Source of the DNA: Selaginella moellendorffii | Taxonomy: Eukaryota > Plantae > Lycopodiophyta | Direction: 5' to 3' | Assembly (NCBI RefSeq): GCF_000143415.4 | Contig: NW_003314292.1 | Span: 443,178 to 507,177, forward strand | Length of the DNA: 64,000 nucleotides | Shown: piece by piece, positions 46,746 through 59,697 of the stretch | How positions within the stretch are numbered: the first letter of the stretch is position 1 | Layout: the number at the start of each line of letters is the position of its first letter | Program-made: the position numbers and the translations under genes | Notes under the pieces: model-generated | Seen by the model: only the letters and a program-made list of their open reading frames with translations | Told to the model about the DNA's origin: nothing | Database searches by the model: none

Positions 46746-48576
46746 AATGGATAATGTGTGGATGTGTATGCGTGCCGCTATAGATCTATGGCGGCCATTT
46801 TCAAATAAAAACTCAGTGGCTCACTCTCCGATTTTCTTTTCAGAGTCTTGAGCTATCCTCTATCCTCACTGACTTCTCGCATTTTTCCACCACATTTCCC
46901 AAGTTCAAATAAAAACCAACTGCTCTTTCATTGAAAGATCTCTCTTTTTCCAGAGTTCTTCTTTCAAGATGTGGCCTCACACACCAGGATTCATTAGCTT
47001 TCAGCAAGACTCGAGAGAATATTGTGGAAATCGCTTTGATCATGGAAGCCACTTTCGACTTGGGAAAGCAGACTTCACTAGGAGGAGGATGCAATTTAAG
47101 ACTTCCAGCGTGCGGGCACCGGTATAGATAGTTCAAAACAAACAAACGAGACTCCGACCCGGTCCCGGCTCCGGCCGCAGCAGTGTGATTTCTTGTTCGT
47201 TCGTTCGTATTTCATAAAAAGCAAGAACGATCCAAACATGTTCAATGTTGCAAGTAGTTTCATATAGCTCACTTTGGATGTGAATTCAGGAAGCAGGGCT
47301 ACAAAGCTGGGTGCTTCTACGCGACATTTTGCGGGCTGGGCTGTATTTGCTGGACAGAGGAGTACAGCAAATCGTTATATGGCAGTTATCAGAATCGTTC
47401 TTACCAAGTGAAACAATTCCAACTTTTGGTGAGATCGCTGAATCTGCGAGCACGGACATGAGCAAAACGTGGGACTGTGGCGTAGACTGGCTTGGATGAA
47501 GAGCCACTTTGATTGTTTAGATAAGAGTTTCTATGAGCTGCAGAATCATGTGCATGGCATCGTGCTTGCGTAAATGCAGCAAGACAGTAGCTCGCGAGTC
47601 GCTGGAGTTGCTCCAGCGAGAGAAATGTCCACTCCAGATTGGCTGTGGATATAAAAAAACTGGAATGACTGCTGGGCTAGAGGTGCGTCTTTTGATTATG
47701 TATATTTGTCATAGAGTCATCCGTGTCCATCGTAGCTTCCACATATTTCTTTAATTTGAAGTCTTTGAAGTGCTGCACCTCTTCAAGTGGCTTCAAACCT
47801 TGAGGCTATAAAAGTTTAGCACTAAAATCACAAACCTACAACACATAAGCTTAGCAATACCTGATTTCTAATCCTTCTTAAGGGAAGAAAATCCTTGGCA
47901 ACCTTATAAAATGCAAAGCTAGAAAGCAGTTGTTAAGAAACAAAGTCACCTTTTAGGTCAAGTGAGGGATCATAGCCTTGTTTCACTTTCCTGATGGCAT
48001 CTGTTGCCATGCTGGAGTTTATAGCATTAAACACAGCCAGAGAGCATAATCTAAGTTTATGCGTTTGGAACATTTATGTGTTTGCTCGGTAAGTATGTTG
48101 AGGACTGTAATTGGTCTCACCGGCTTGAGAAGAAAGCTCTTTTCTTGCAGAGGTAAGAGATGTTCATCCACTAGGAGGAAACACACGAGAGAATCCAGAA
48201 TGCTAATCCTCTCTCAGTTGATGCAAGGCGTTTTCACCAGGCAGCGGACTCTCATTCTTGGCCTCTTTCGAAGTGAAGTTCTTACATTGAGCTAGAGGTC
48301 GTGAAGAAAACACGCAGCGCTTCCAGTCCAGAGAAAAGCCCTATGGAGCAAACCTACAACCGGGCTGTAAGAGAAACACATCAAAGCACAATCTTCGCAA
48401 CGGGGAGCTGTCTGGAACAAAAGGACATCTCCCAACACGCCATTCGTGTTGGCATTTAGACAATCCGTAAGTTCTTTTGTTTTTGCTCTCTTCTTTAATT
48501 TAACTTGCAAGAGGCCGAGCAAGAGCCAGAAAGAAGAATTCCCAAGGCTGGACAGGGGAAGCTTATAAATTTCACA

Positions 48577-50631
48577 CTAGCGTACGGACAAGAACTTGAG
48601 GAGAGACCTTGCTTTCCTCCTCGCGCGAGGCGATCCAGACGCGATCAGCTCCTGCAAGCTCTCCAGAAGCAGCGCACTGGACGATCCGGAGCTCATGTCT
48701 CGCGATTCCTGCTGCGTCTGCTGCTCCACCATGAGGCAGTCCCGGATCATATCGCCACCGTGCTTGCACAGCGCCAGAAGCACCGACAGCGAGTTCTCCT
48801 TCCCTTTGACGCTCCCAGTGCGCAGCAGATTCACCAGCAGTGGAATCGCCAGTAGATCGTCGCTGAGAGCTTTCAATCCTTCGTTGCTCTCTCCTAGCAG
48901 AGCTAGCACCGCCAACGCATCGTCCTGGACATCGCCATCTTTCGAGAGCATCGCCATCAAAACTTCGATAGCTCCCGCGTTCACCACCCTGGCCCTGTTC
49001 CCCGGATAGAGCAGCAGATTAAACAGCGCGCTCGTCGCGTCCTTCTTCGCCTGGAGCGATCCTTCCAGCAGCAACGTCACCAGCGCCGGGATCGCCACTG
49101 CCCTGCTGCCGATCCGGATCCGGTGCTCGTCCGTGGAGGACAGACTAAAGATCGCCGCTGCAGCGTTTTGCCGAGCCTCCATGCTAAGTCCCTGTTCCAC
49201 CACCGAGAGTATCGGGTCCAAAGCATTCGCGGCCATGATCAGCTTCTTGTTGTTGTCGTAGATCGAAAGGTTGAGCAGCGCAGTGACAGCATTCTCTTGG
49301 GTCTTGGAGTCATTACACGCGAGCAGCGGGACCAGGAAAGGGATAGCGCCAGCTTCCGCAATGCAGATCCTGTTCTCCGTCCCGTTCTTCGCGAGTAGTC
49401 TAAGCTCGTAAGCCACTTGTCTCTGGACATCGATCGAGCCTGTGGCCAGCTTGCCGACAAGAAATGCCGAGGTGGTCTTTGCGATCTCGAGAGCCTCTCT
49501 CGAGTTGGAAATGTCGTCGTCGGGAAAGCCAGCGTCGAATAACTCGAGGCTGACGTTGTTGTCGTCACACCAATGGAAGATGAGGCTTCGTAAAGCGTAG
49601 TTTGGAATGAGGCCGAGGTGTATCAGCTTCTGGCCGCTTGTGGGGCACGTAAAGTGACCGGCAGCAATCCATTTCTGGATGTGTTCCTTGTCGTATGTTT
49701 GCCCGGTCGCAATGGTCACCGGGTTCCTCATAAGTTCCAAGGAGATCGGGCACCGGAACTCGTCTGGAAGAACTCCGACTCTCTCCTTGAAACCATCAAG
49801 CTCGGCCATAGTCTCCTCGAAGGCCTCTTCCCCAGCTCTATACAAGAGCCTTGCCGTGGACCGGACGAGACGTATCAAACCTCGCAATGTCGAGTATGCC
49901 ACCTTGTCTCTGGACGCGACCTTCTCTCTCAATTCTTCCAGCAGTCCCGTAAGTTCCAGCTTACAGTCGCTCCAATTTTTCAAGCCGAGGCCAGCAAAGA
50001 GCTTCTGGAGTCTCTCGAGGGAAACGTCTGATGATGGTCCGTCACCTCTTTCCATAAGATCGCATAGCTCGGCTTTGAGGAGCTCCTGCCCGGGATCTAA
50101 GGCCTTGCACCAGCCTCTAGCGCTTTGCAACTTCAAGAGCAGGACGTGCTCCTTTATCTCGTCCGAGATCTCCAGCAAACTTAGCGGAATTACCTCCAAA
50201 GCCGCGGCCATCTCCTCGTTGGCCACCTCAAACTTTTGGATCGTCTCTGTGGAGCTCACCATCGCCCACGTTATGCTACTGCTCTGGCTACACGAATCCA
50301 CGAGGAGATTACACTTGGCGAGGAACTCGTGCATACTCCTAAAAGCCAAAAGTGCTGACGGAGGCAGCGGTGGATTTGTATCCCTGATCTCCTCGAAAAA
50401 TGGACCCAAGAGCTTCACCCGCCGGACAATCCCCGAAACGCAGTGCCGGTAGCACGCCTGTGGTCTTTCGTGAACCGAAACCTGGTGTGCCAATTCGATC
50501 AAGTCCCTCACTAGCAGCATTCCCGGATGGCTTGGATACGTCTGATGATGGTTCGCGGCATGGAGCAGCGCAAACGGCCTCTTGAGCTTCATGATCCTCC
50601 TACGCTTGCTAAAGTACCAGAAATCGGCCAT
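48577..50631 (-). CDS. Plant U-box E3 ligase (UND + U-box + ARM repeats), intronless
   Basis: U-box PDEFRCPISLELMRNPVTIATGQTYD...CPTSGQ...LIPNYALRSLI; ARM repeats ELRLLAK...ENR.CIAEAGAIP and QENAVTALLNLS; GS.RARRKA..LL. Confidence 0.96.
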   Translation of the reverse strand: MADFWYFSKRRRIMKLKRPFALLHAANHHQTYPSHPGMLLVRDLIELAHQVSVHERPQACYRHCVSGIVRRVKLLGPFFEEIRDTNPPLPPSALLAFRSMHEFLAKCNLLVDSCSQSSSITWAMVSSTETIQKFEVANEEMAAALEVIPLSLLEISDEIKEHVLLLKLQSARGWCKALDPGQELLKAELCDLMERGDGPSSDVSLERLQKLFAGLGLKNWSDCKLELTGLLEELREKVASRDKVAYSTLRGLIRLVRSTARLLYRAGEEAFEETMAELDGFKERVGVLPDEFRCPISLELMRNPVTIATGQTYDKEHIQKWIAAGHFTCPTSGQKLIHLGLIPNYALRSLIFHWCDDNNVSLELFDAGFPDDDISNSREALEIAKTTSAFLVGKLATGSIDVQRQVAYELRLLAKNGTENRICIAEAGAIPFLVPLLACNDSKTQENAVTALLNLSIYDNNKKLIMAANALDPILSVVEQGLSMEARQNAAAAIFSLSSTDEHRIRIGSRAVAIPALVTLLLEGSLQAKKDATSALFNLLLYPGNRARVVNAGAIEVLMAMLSKDGDVQDDALAVLALLGESNEGLKALSDDLLAIPLLVNLLRTGSVKGKENSLSVLLALCKHGGDMIRDCLMVEQQTQQESRDMSSGSSSALLLESLQELIASGSPRARRKARSLLKFLSVR

Positions 50632-51302
50632 CCTCGAGCCAGAAGAATCCTGGAAGGCGATCGATTCGCGGAATTTCTCGCGCCTAGTGGAAAATTTCTG
50701 CCAAGAACCTACTAGATCACGACGAAATATCACAAGAAAACCCCGATTCTCTGCGTGCCGTGGTCGATCACTGGAAGATTCTCAACGCCGTGCTTGATTG
50801 GGACTGCGAGAGAATCTGGCACCGAGAGAACTCGCCGTGAAGAATCTTGTCCGAGAGTCTAGAGAGCCCTAAAACCCTAGCGCTAGATAGAAGGATGTGA
50901 TAGCCGAGGAATGCGACAATACTACCTCCTCGCGCCTTGCCGTCCATAGCGTTTTTCAAATATGTGCCATATGGCCGCTAAAAGAGTTAAAAAAGGATTC
51001 TTCCGGAATGCCGCCATTTGGCAGCACCACAGGCCTCTAGCCCCGCCATTGGCCAGAAGGAACAAACTGCCACGTGGATGGTGACGATGGGCACTATGCC
51101 AACGGTTGGATGTGCCAATTGGCGGTTGTCCTAGCTAGGGCTGCTTGTCTTGTCCGGTCAAGCGTGGAAGAAAGAACGCAAAGCGCCAAGGCAGTGAGGT
51201 AAAAATCTTCTTTCGTGGAGATCGTCGAGCGATCGATCCTCGATCGATCGATTGATCGATTGGATCGGCGTGCGCGGCCGTGGATGGATCTTAAGAAGCT
51301 AG

Positions 51303-52144
<842 letters not shown>

Positions 52145-52298
52145 GCTCGTGGAGATTTTGTTTTCCTTGCGATTGAGTTTATCCACCACTGTTAGCATTG
52201 AGTACCGGTTAATGCAAAGGCATTTCTTCTTCCATGGATATTTCTAACGAGGTAAGGAAATAACTGAGATCTATGGGACGCACACAAAGGTCTTGACA

Positions 52299-53288
52299 AT
52301 GGCAAAGTCATGGGCATTGCAATTGCCATCATTGTCACTAGTTCCAAAGATTCAGCCGAGAAGGACTCCCTTATGCCGGTCACACAAGGTAACTATTTGT
52401 TCGTCTCTGCTGGAAGAAACATCAGAGTCTTCGAGGATTCGAGCCAGAGGCCTAGAAGATGAGAAGGCCGGGCTGTGCGCCACACTCCTCGGGCTACATG
52501 CTCCTTTGCTACTTTTTCAATCGGACATAGCCATGGCAGCGGAAGAAGCAGGTCCTGGCTACTCGGCCGCGAGTTATTACACTTCGCTGGGATTGTTCGT
52601 GCTCGCATTGCCGGGTCTCTGGTCGCTCATCAAACGCTCGGCAAAATCTAAGGTACTGTTTTGAGTATCTGAAAACTAAATAATCTCTTTTCACCTTTCA
52701 GATAGTCCGGAAGACTTACGTAGTTCCTGGCCCATCTCAAGAGAGTGGCAAAGCACCAAAACAAATTGCTGGTGAAATCTCATCGTTTTTCACCAGAAAC
52801 AACTTCACCATTGTCGACAGCGGTGAAGTAGTCAGGTAAACGTTTGTTTCTGCTTTCCAGCAATTCCCGTCATTTTGTTTCCGTGTTCTAGATTCGAAGG
52901 ACTGATGGTTCCAAGCCGGGGCCAAGCTGCTTTCATCATCTTTTGCACGTTTTTGAGCTTAGCTAGCGCAGCTTTGGTACTCACGATCACAGTTCCAGTG
53001 GTAGGAGACAAGTGGTATTGGCTCACGGCTTTCAGTCCCCTCGCGTAAGTTTGTCACAGATTTCTTAAGTTTCTCGTTAGAGGTCACTCATGAAACTGAT
53101 GCAGTGGCGCTTACTATTGGACGAATGCATCTCGAAAAGAGGAAATCCAAGTAAAGCTCGTGGTGGCCGACGATGAGTCTTCCACAGATGTATTGGTTCA
53201 AGGCGATGACGAGCAAATCGAGCAGCTTCGTAGGGAGCTGGGATTCATGGAGAAAGGCATGGTTTATGTGAAAGGCATTTTGCAATGA
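52299..53288 (+). CDS. CCB1: Cofactor assembly of complex C subunit B CCB1 (plastid cytochrome b6 heme ci maturation), 4 exons
   Basis: GYSAASYYTSLGLFVL.LPGLWSLIKRS.KSK|IVRKT; FEGLMVPSRGQA; YYWTNASRKEEI.VK; QGDDEQIE.LR.EL..MEKGMVYVKG. Confidence 0.95.
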
Positions 53289-53538
53289 GGTAACTTCGGA
53301 TACATAGCGAGCTCGTCGAACTTACAATACAATAAAGGGAAGACTTACAGCTCTTTCTCTTTCTTTTTTTTTTTTTCCCTGTTGAGGGCAGAGAGAATTC
53401 CTGTGATGAAACAGGAAGCAAATTTACAGTGCGGCTGCCGAGAAGATGGTTACCAAAACTGATTGTGGAGAAACAATCTTACAGTGGTGGCCGACTTTCG
53501 TTGCTACGTTGGCCCCCTCAAGTAAAGTTTTTGGTTTT

Positions 53539-54228
53539 TTACTGTGCTTGTTCTAGTCCAGCAGTGGAGCCATTGTTCTTTATGTTCTTCAAAATCTGCG
53601 ATTAATTTGGAAGCTTTGATTCAATGTAGGAACAAAAAAACTTTCGCTTTTTTCACCTGTCGCAGCATGAATGTTTCCTTTTGTAACGTGTTTACCCGTT
53701 CCTCTAGCTCCGCATTCCTGAGCTCCAAATCCCGGGCTTTTGCTTCGAGCTCAACAACGTAAGCCTTTTTTCTCTCCCTGGCTTGTTGTGCCGAGACTCG
53801 ATTGCGTAAAAGTCTGCACAAAGAAAAGCTTTGTTTCAAGTTAGAGAAAAGAAACAAACTGTCAAAGAAGCCGAGCTTAGAACTACGAGTGAAAGATGGG
53901 AGTACCTTTTCAATCGCTTGTGTTCTTTGTCAGCAGGAACAGCACCCCTCTTGCGAGAATTGGATGCTGCCGTGTCTTGCTCTGGCAACGCAGTCACGAT
54001 TTTACCTCCAGGTAAGTCGGGAACCTTTCTTACTTCCGAGTCACTCTCATTTCCTGCCCAATCCTCTACTCAATGCAAGAGCTAAAACGAAGAGCGAAAG
54101 AAGAGAAACGAAAGGAAGAAACAAAAACAAAAGAACTTACCGTCCACTTTCATCTCGGCGTTGGGAAGAGCCATCAAATCGCTGAATTGCTTGTGCATTG
54201 TCGGCGACGCTGATGCCGCTGCTTGCAT
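53539..54228 (-). CDS. HY5: bZIP transcription factor HY5-like, 4 exons
   Basis: [11 protein letters not shown] (COP1-binding VP motif); [10 protein letters not shown]|[19 protein letters not shown]; leucine zipper; LRQ|ILKN. Confidence 0.95.
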
Positions 54229-56005
54229 CCTGGAACAAATCTGGAGCTGGCTGGAGGCAGAGAGAGAGAGAGAGGAACTTCTAGCAATCGTTCCTGCCCG
54301 CCCGCCCGCCCGTCCAAGAAAACCAAGAAAAAAAAAAACCAAGCGAAATGAGGCTCGACATCTCCCGTTTCGCTCGTCGCGTACCTCAGAATCATCGCGT
54401 CGATTGCTATGGATGCGTCCTCTCGTCGCGATTGGGGCAATGCCGAGCTGTGGAAGCGAGAAACACCAGCACCAAGAAAACTCCTCCACTCTAGGGTTCC
54501 TGACGCCAGCCCGTCCGGCACGTCACAAACAGGTCAGATTTGACGGGCATCAAAACGGCATCCGACACGCAACCGTTAAAATTGACGGCTAGAAACGTGC
54601 CGCGTGGCAAATATTAGTTATTTTAATCTGAAAATCATGAAAAAGAAGAGTTTGAAATATTGATTATAAACAATTTAAAAATCCAGAAAGGTGGAATATG
54701 GATGTGTGATGATAGAATTCCTCAGTCGGAGCTAGAGACTGTGCAGTAATAGGCTAAGTATCCATGGTTCAATCAAGGATGGCGATGATCCCTTTAAAGA
54801 ATCTCTCATAGTTGATTCATTAATCTAAAATTTTAATCTTATGGCCAATGGAAACCAGGGAAACTTCATTATTTCTACTCTCGACTCTCTCGACTCCAGC
54901 AAGTTCTCCCGTCGGTGTGCCGCGTCGGCTATGGAGGAGGAATGACGAATCACGCCTTCTGTAAGATCCTCCCCGGAGCTACCGTGGCTATACTTGGTTA
55001 CTAGGGTTTGCGGGCCCGCGGGCATGGATCTGGTGGTGACGCCTCTTTGATGCAGCTGCTAACATCACTACCATTATAGGCAGACATAAAAAAAACCATC
55101 GCTCAATTCAGTCTGGCACCCTTGTTAGTAAGCCCTTTAAAAAATATAGCCTCTGCGACAATGACAGCAACGCTCGGAGAAGCCATCCTGTTTTCTTTTT
55201 CGACCTTTGTGCTGATTCCCTAAGCTTGCGAGCTTCCTTTTGTGACTCCATCTCCCACATACATTGTTAATAACCTAATATGATGCCTTTTCCCAAAATC
55301 TTTATATATTGAAATTGTAAACTAAATATAGATATTAATATTTTCCATGTTCACACCCTTCGAAATAGGCCAAGAATGCTAATTTGCTGCCTGCTGGCAC
55401 AAAACCATGAGATTGAGGAAACCCAAACCTATGCAAAAGCTTCTGGATTCTTTTAGTGTGTTTTAGAACATCTCTTCCAACTTTTCTCGCGTCCTTTATC
55501 TGTCAAGAAACAAGAAAATCGAAATCGCTCAGGAACTTAAAAAGCCACTAGTTTTAAAGCTGAGCGTCTCACCTCTCTAGCGCACGCATACCTCTGCATA
55601 TACGAGTTTTCTCTAAGCCAGCGTAAGTTGGAGCTGTCTTTCTGGTGCTTATTAGTTTTCCAGTTGTCTGAAAGGAGGAAACAGACCTCTCCCTTCAGAA
55701 ACTCCATCAGATCGTGGAGTTTATGGTGGGAGCTTGGACATGGTGCAGTGACATCGCCCGATCAAGACCGAAGATCCGCGTTCTGAAGAATCCATCTGTA
55801 GATTGAAAGGAGATATTTCTTTCCTGCTCACCTGGAGGAAGAGGATGAGGCTGATAGCTCGTCAGTCTAGACCAGGCCAGGAAAGAAAACGAAGCAACTA
55901 GAACAAAAACCAGGGAAATGACTTTGGTGATTATAAGATGTGAGCTCTTCCCGTTGAAGCATTGTTAATTCCATTACGTTGAATAGAATGATTTGCCAAA
56001 TAAAT

Positions 56006-56073
56006 GACAGCTTGGCCGCGTTGGATTTAGGCTCCAATCCTCAAGGGCGTGGGTTCAAATCCCACAGTTGTCA
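56006..56073 (+). pseudogene. tRNA-Leu(TAG) pseudogene lacking most of the D-arm
   Basis: Acceptor stem GACAGCT/AGTTGTC-A, anticodon arm TTGGA-TTTAGGC-TCCAA, long variable arm and B-box GGTTCAAATCC are present. About 12 nt of the D-loop/A-box are missing after TTGGCC. Confidence 0.8.
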
Positions 56074-59000
56074 TGAACTTTCTAAATGTTTCATGGGTAT
56101 TTTTCTGGCTTGGATGCGTCAAGCCGCCTCCAAGCAAATTTGTTTGACCAAATGTGCGTGATCCAAAAAGCTTCCGAATATTCAGTTGAATACGAAACGC
56201 CATATCATGTACACCTATGCTGAAGTTGGTGATGCCTTGAAGCAATCCTATGGAAAGAATATTTTCTCTGCTGACTGCTTTGTAGATTCTCTTTCTTGCG
56301 CATGAGAACCGGCTGGAAGATCTCAAAGTGCCAGGCTGAGCTCCACGATCTGAGGAGAAGCAGCTTGGCTGGAACTTGGATCATCCTCCACATCCGGCAA
56401 ATGTCTCAAGGCAAATAGCCGGTATCACGGATCAACTTGCAAGGCTGAAAGAACACCTTGAATACGGTGGGTATGTAGTGAAGTCTCCTCTTTGTCGTCA
56501 CAGATGTTGCTCCACAACAAAGGGAGGTTTTCCAGACATTTACGAAAGTTCTCTTTTGATTTTGATTCTCTTTTTTTTAATCCAGAGACAAGACAGTGCC
56601 CCCTCAGTGAAATAGTGAAGAAAATTCTTTGTTGGGAAATTACGACCTTACGACCTTTTGATGATAAGCTTCTTGTATGTGGCAATACTCTTGGCCAAGC
56701 AATCTACTACAGATTATTGATGATGTTTTCAGAATGCAAAAAGCTTGGAGTGGAGTTGGTGATCTACCAAACCTCTTTTGCTGAAAATTGTCCACCAATA
56801 CATCAATTGAAACCTTCTCAAATAGTAACAGTGATTCAGCCTAATCCTATGCTGAAACAAAAGGAATTGATAATGAGCCACTCCAAAGTTCTCAATCCAG
56901 TAAGAGAAAGATCATGATTGGGATATCATTTAATACCCTCGCTATATTTATACCATGCATGATTGGATATTCCAAAGCATCTTGTATTTCCAAAAATGCC
57001 AGATGTTCAGCTAAATAAAGAATGGTAATTGAAATAACTGTCAAAACACTCAAGGTGCTCATGTGTGTCATTTGAGGAATCTCCATAGCATGGTGGAAAT
57101 ATCTATTTAGGGAGGTTCACTTGGAGCTACAGAGAGCCTGAAAATTATAGGCTATAAAGCTAATGTCTTACAAAACTAACCAATGCACCTTGAACACTCC
57201 AAGGAAGGAAATCCTAGTGTATAGATCCTTCCTTCTGTAAGAGTCGAAGTTTCAGATTGAAGAAAAGCTGCGTTCTCTCTATCAAAGCAGGATCCACAGC
57301 CATGGCTTTTACACAACGATGGCCACTGGAGGCAGCACTGATGACTTTGTGCTGTAAGTACCGAGCTTGGAACATGAAATCCTGGATTAAAGTTCTTCCA
57401 CTCAAAATCTTTTGCCACTGATGCTGCAGGTACTGTTTCACCTATTGGAAAGTGCAACACATCAATACCGAACAAGAAAATGACTACTATATCATATGTT
57501 TCAAACAATAGCCTAGAGTCTTGGCATCTCACTGTTTCAATCCCAAGTAGGAGTTTCTTGAGTGGGAGATTCGTAGCCATATCCCATATAATGCTCACTT
57601 TTTCCATCTTCGGGGCCATGGGAGGAGGATTTACTACATGATAAAAGGATAGTCTACATTTGAGTTGAGCTCAATTTAGCTCAAGTCAATGTTAGTCAAT
57701 GTCAACTATAAGTTTTATAAAGAAATGTTATGTAAAAAAAAATGTTATTGTTTGGTGAATTTAAAATTCATGAATTTAATTGTCAATGGTTCAAAGAAAT
57801 TTCTATCTTTTGAATTTATTCATGGAGAAAATTTCTAATTTCTAACACGACCTATACAATAAAATACTGATTGAGTACTTTTCAGAATTAGAAGTTTGTC
57901 TGAACCCATAAAAGGTTTTGGGCTTTTTTGGTCCCAAATAAAAATGGGAATATTAAATTTTGCACGAACTTGAAATTTCTATTAAACATAAAAATATATA
58001 AATAATTTAAAACACTAATTCATTCATTCTTTAGAGTTTTACAAAGATGGGAAGCAGAGAAGACAAAAAATTTATGAGTAGTTATAACATATAGAAATAT
58101 GAGAATGTTAATTTTATTTCACTATCACAATCTTTATATTACACTTTTGGTTCTTATTACTCATCTAGGAATGTAAAAATCATTGTCTTTATTGATAAAA
58201 ATTCTTTTGTTATTTCTGAAACAATAGTCTAAAACAAGAGAAAAGAAGAAGTGAACAGCAAATCCACTTTATAAATTTTTCGATAACTTTTGTAATCTAT
58301 AAAAATATTACAAAGAAAAGTAAGTTTTTTATATATATCCTATTCCTCTTGATAAGTTGTATCTTTGCAAGGAGTATAAGTGTGTAGTATATATGATATA
58401 AACAAATCAAAAAGCCAAATCTATATATATTTTTAAGATTGAAAGGTAATTTTGTAAAAAAGCATGTTTGCATGCCTGTGTGCTTTTGCTATTATTATAT
58501 ATGGTAGGCTAGCTATATAAAATAAGGCTACGTACTAATTTTTAGCTTTTGGAACCTTATAGCCACTAATAGTAAATTGTAATTACCAAGACTGACAATT
58601 ATGATTCAATATATTGCTATGTCATAATTAAATGTCATTCTTGAGATTGAAATATAATATATTAATCAAAGAATTTGTATTATTAAAGAGTTTATTTCTT
58701 CTTCTGTGTTGCAATGGTTTGGAAGAAGTTTACTTTTGGTCCTAGATGCCTCTAATATAAGTCTCCACTTTCATTTCTAAGCTCAACAAAAAATCCACTT
58801 TCATCTCTATATAATAATTATTTTTTCCATTTGAGGGGTGTTGTGAGGCTTTTTCATTTGTGACCTCGAGTACAATTGAATACAAATTCCCTTCTTATGA
58901 TGTTTCTAAAAGAGTTGGATTACTTTCAATGCTCCAAGAGTGATGTTAATATTTTTTTCAAGATATTGCTTCAGATATGGCAAAAGTGCTTGATGTATAT

Positions 59001-59697
59001 ATGTATTATCTTCAATGTCCTATATTTTACTTTTATTTGAACAAAATAGATGGTTGCATAGGTTTGGTATATTTTCTTGAGTATTGTCTGAAATGCCTAA
59101 AAGTGGGTTTGGAAGGTGTGCATATGTGGATATACAAGAAAATCAAGAAAGAATTAAAGATACACAACTATTATGATTTGATCCCAATTAAATTTATTTG
59201 TACCGTCTCCAAGCAGAAGCAAGGTAAAATAAATTTGGCTCAAATGCTTGAGTGTGAGATTTTCTTCACGAAGTACATCACTATGCTTGTAAAGGAATAT
59301 ATAGTTAAAATAGAAGGTGGAAAGTATACAATTGTCATTCAAGACATTCTATTTTACATATATCTAGACTTTATGAAGCACAATATACTTTTTATAAGCA
59401 TATGTACTACATCTTCATCAATATCTTGCACTAGGATCCTAAAGGGGATATTCATATACACCAAACAAACTTTACTATTACTAAATTATAAAAGACTTTT
59501 GGAATTAACTAGATTTTTTAAGACTATCAATGTTTATTCTCTATCAATAATATAAACTTATTATACTTTATAAAATTAATAAAAAACATTTTTCATTTCA
59601 TTTTTCATTTTGTGCTCTTTTCACAAGTATTCGTATGTTTCCATTTCTGTCTTTACCATCTCAAAAAATATTGCATGGTAATCTTTTAGGTCCGTGA

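Noticed and set aside
46840-48520. Coding-like fragments between the peptide gene and the U-box gene
   Set aside because: Frequent stops in all frames and no identifiable homology.
58977-59555. 192-aa AT-rich ORF
   Set aside because: Low-complexity I/Y/K/F composition and no recognisable motif; possibly a TE relic but unsupported.
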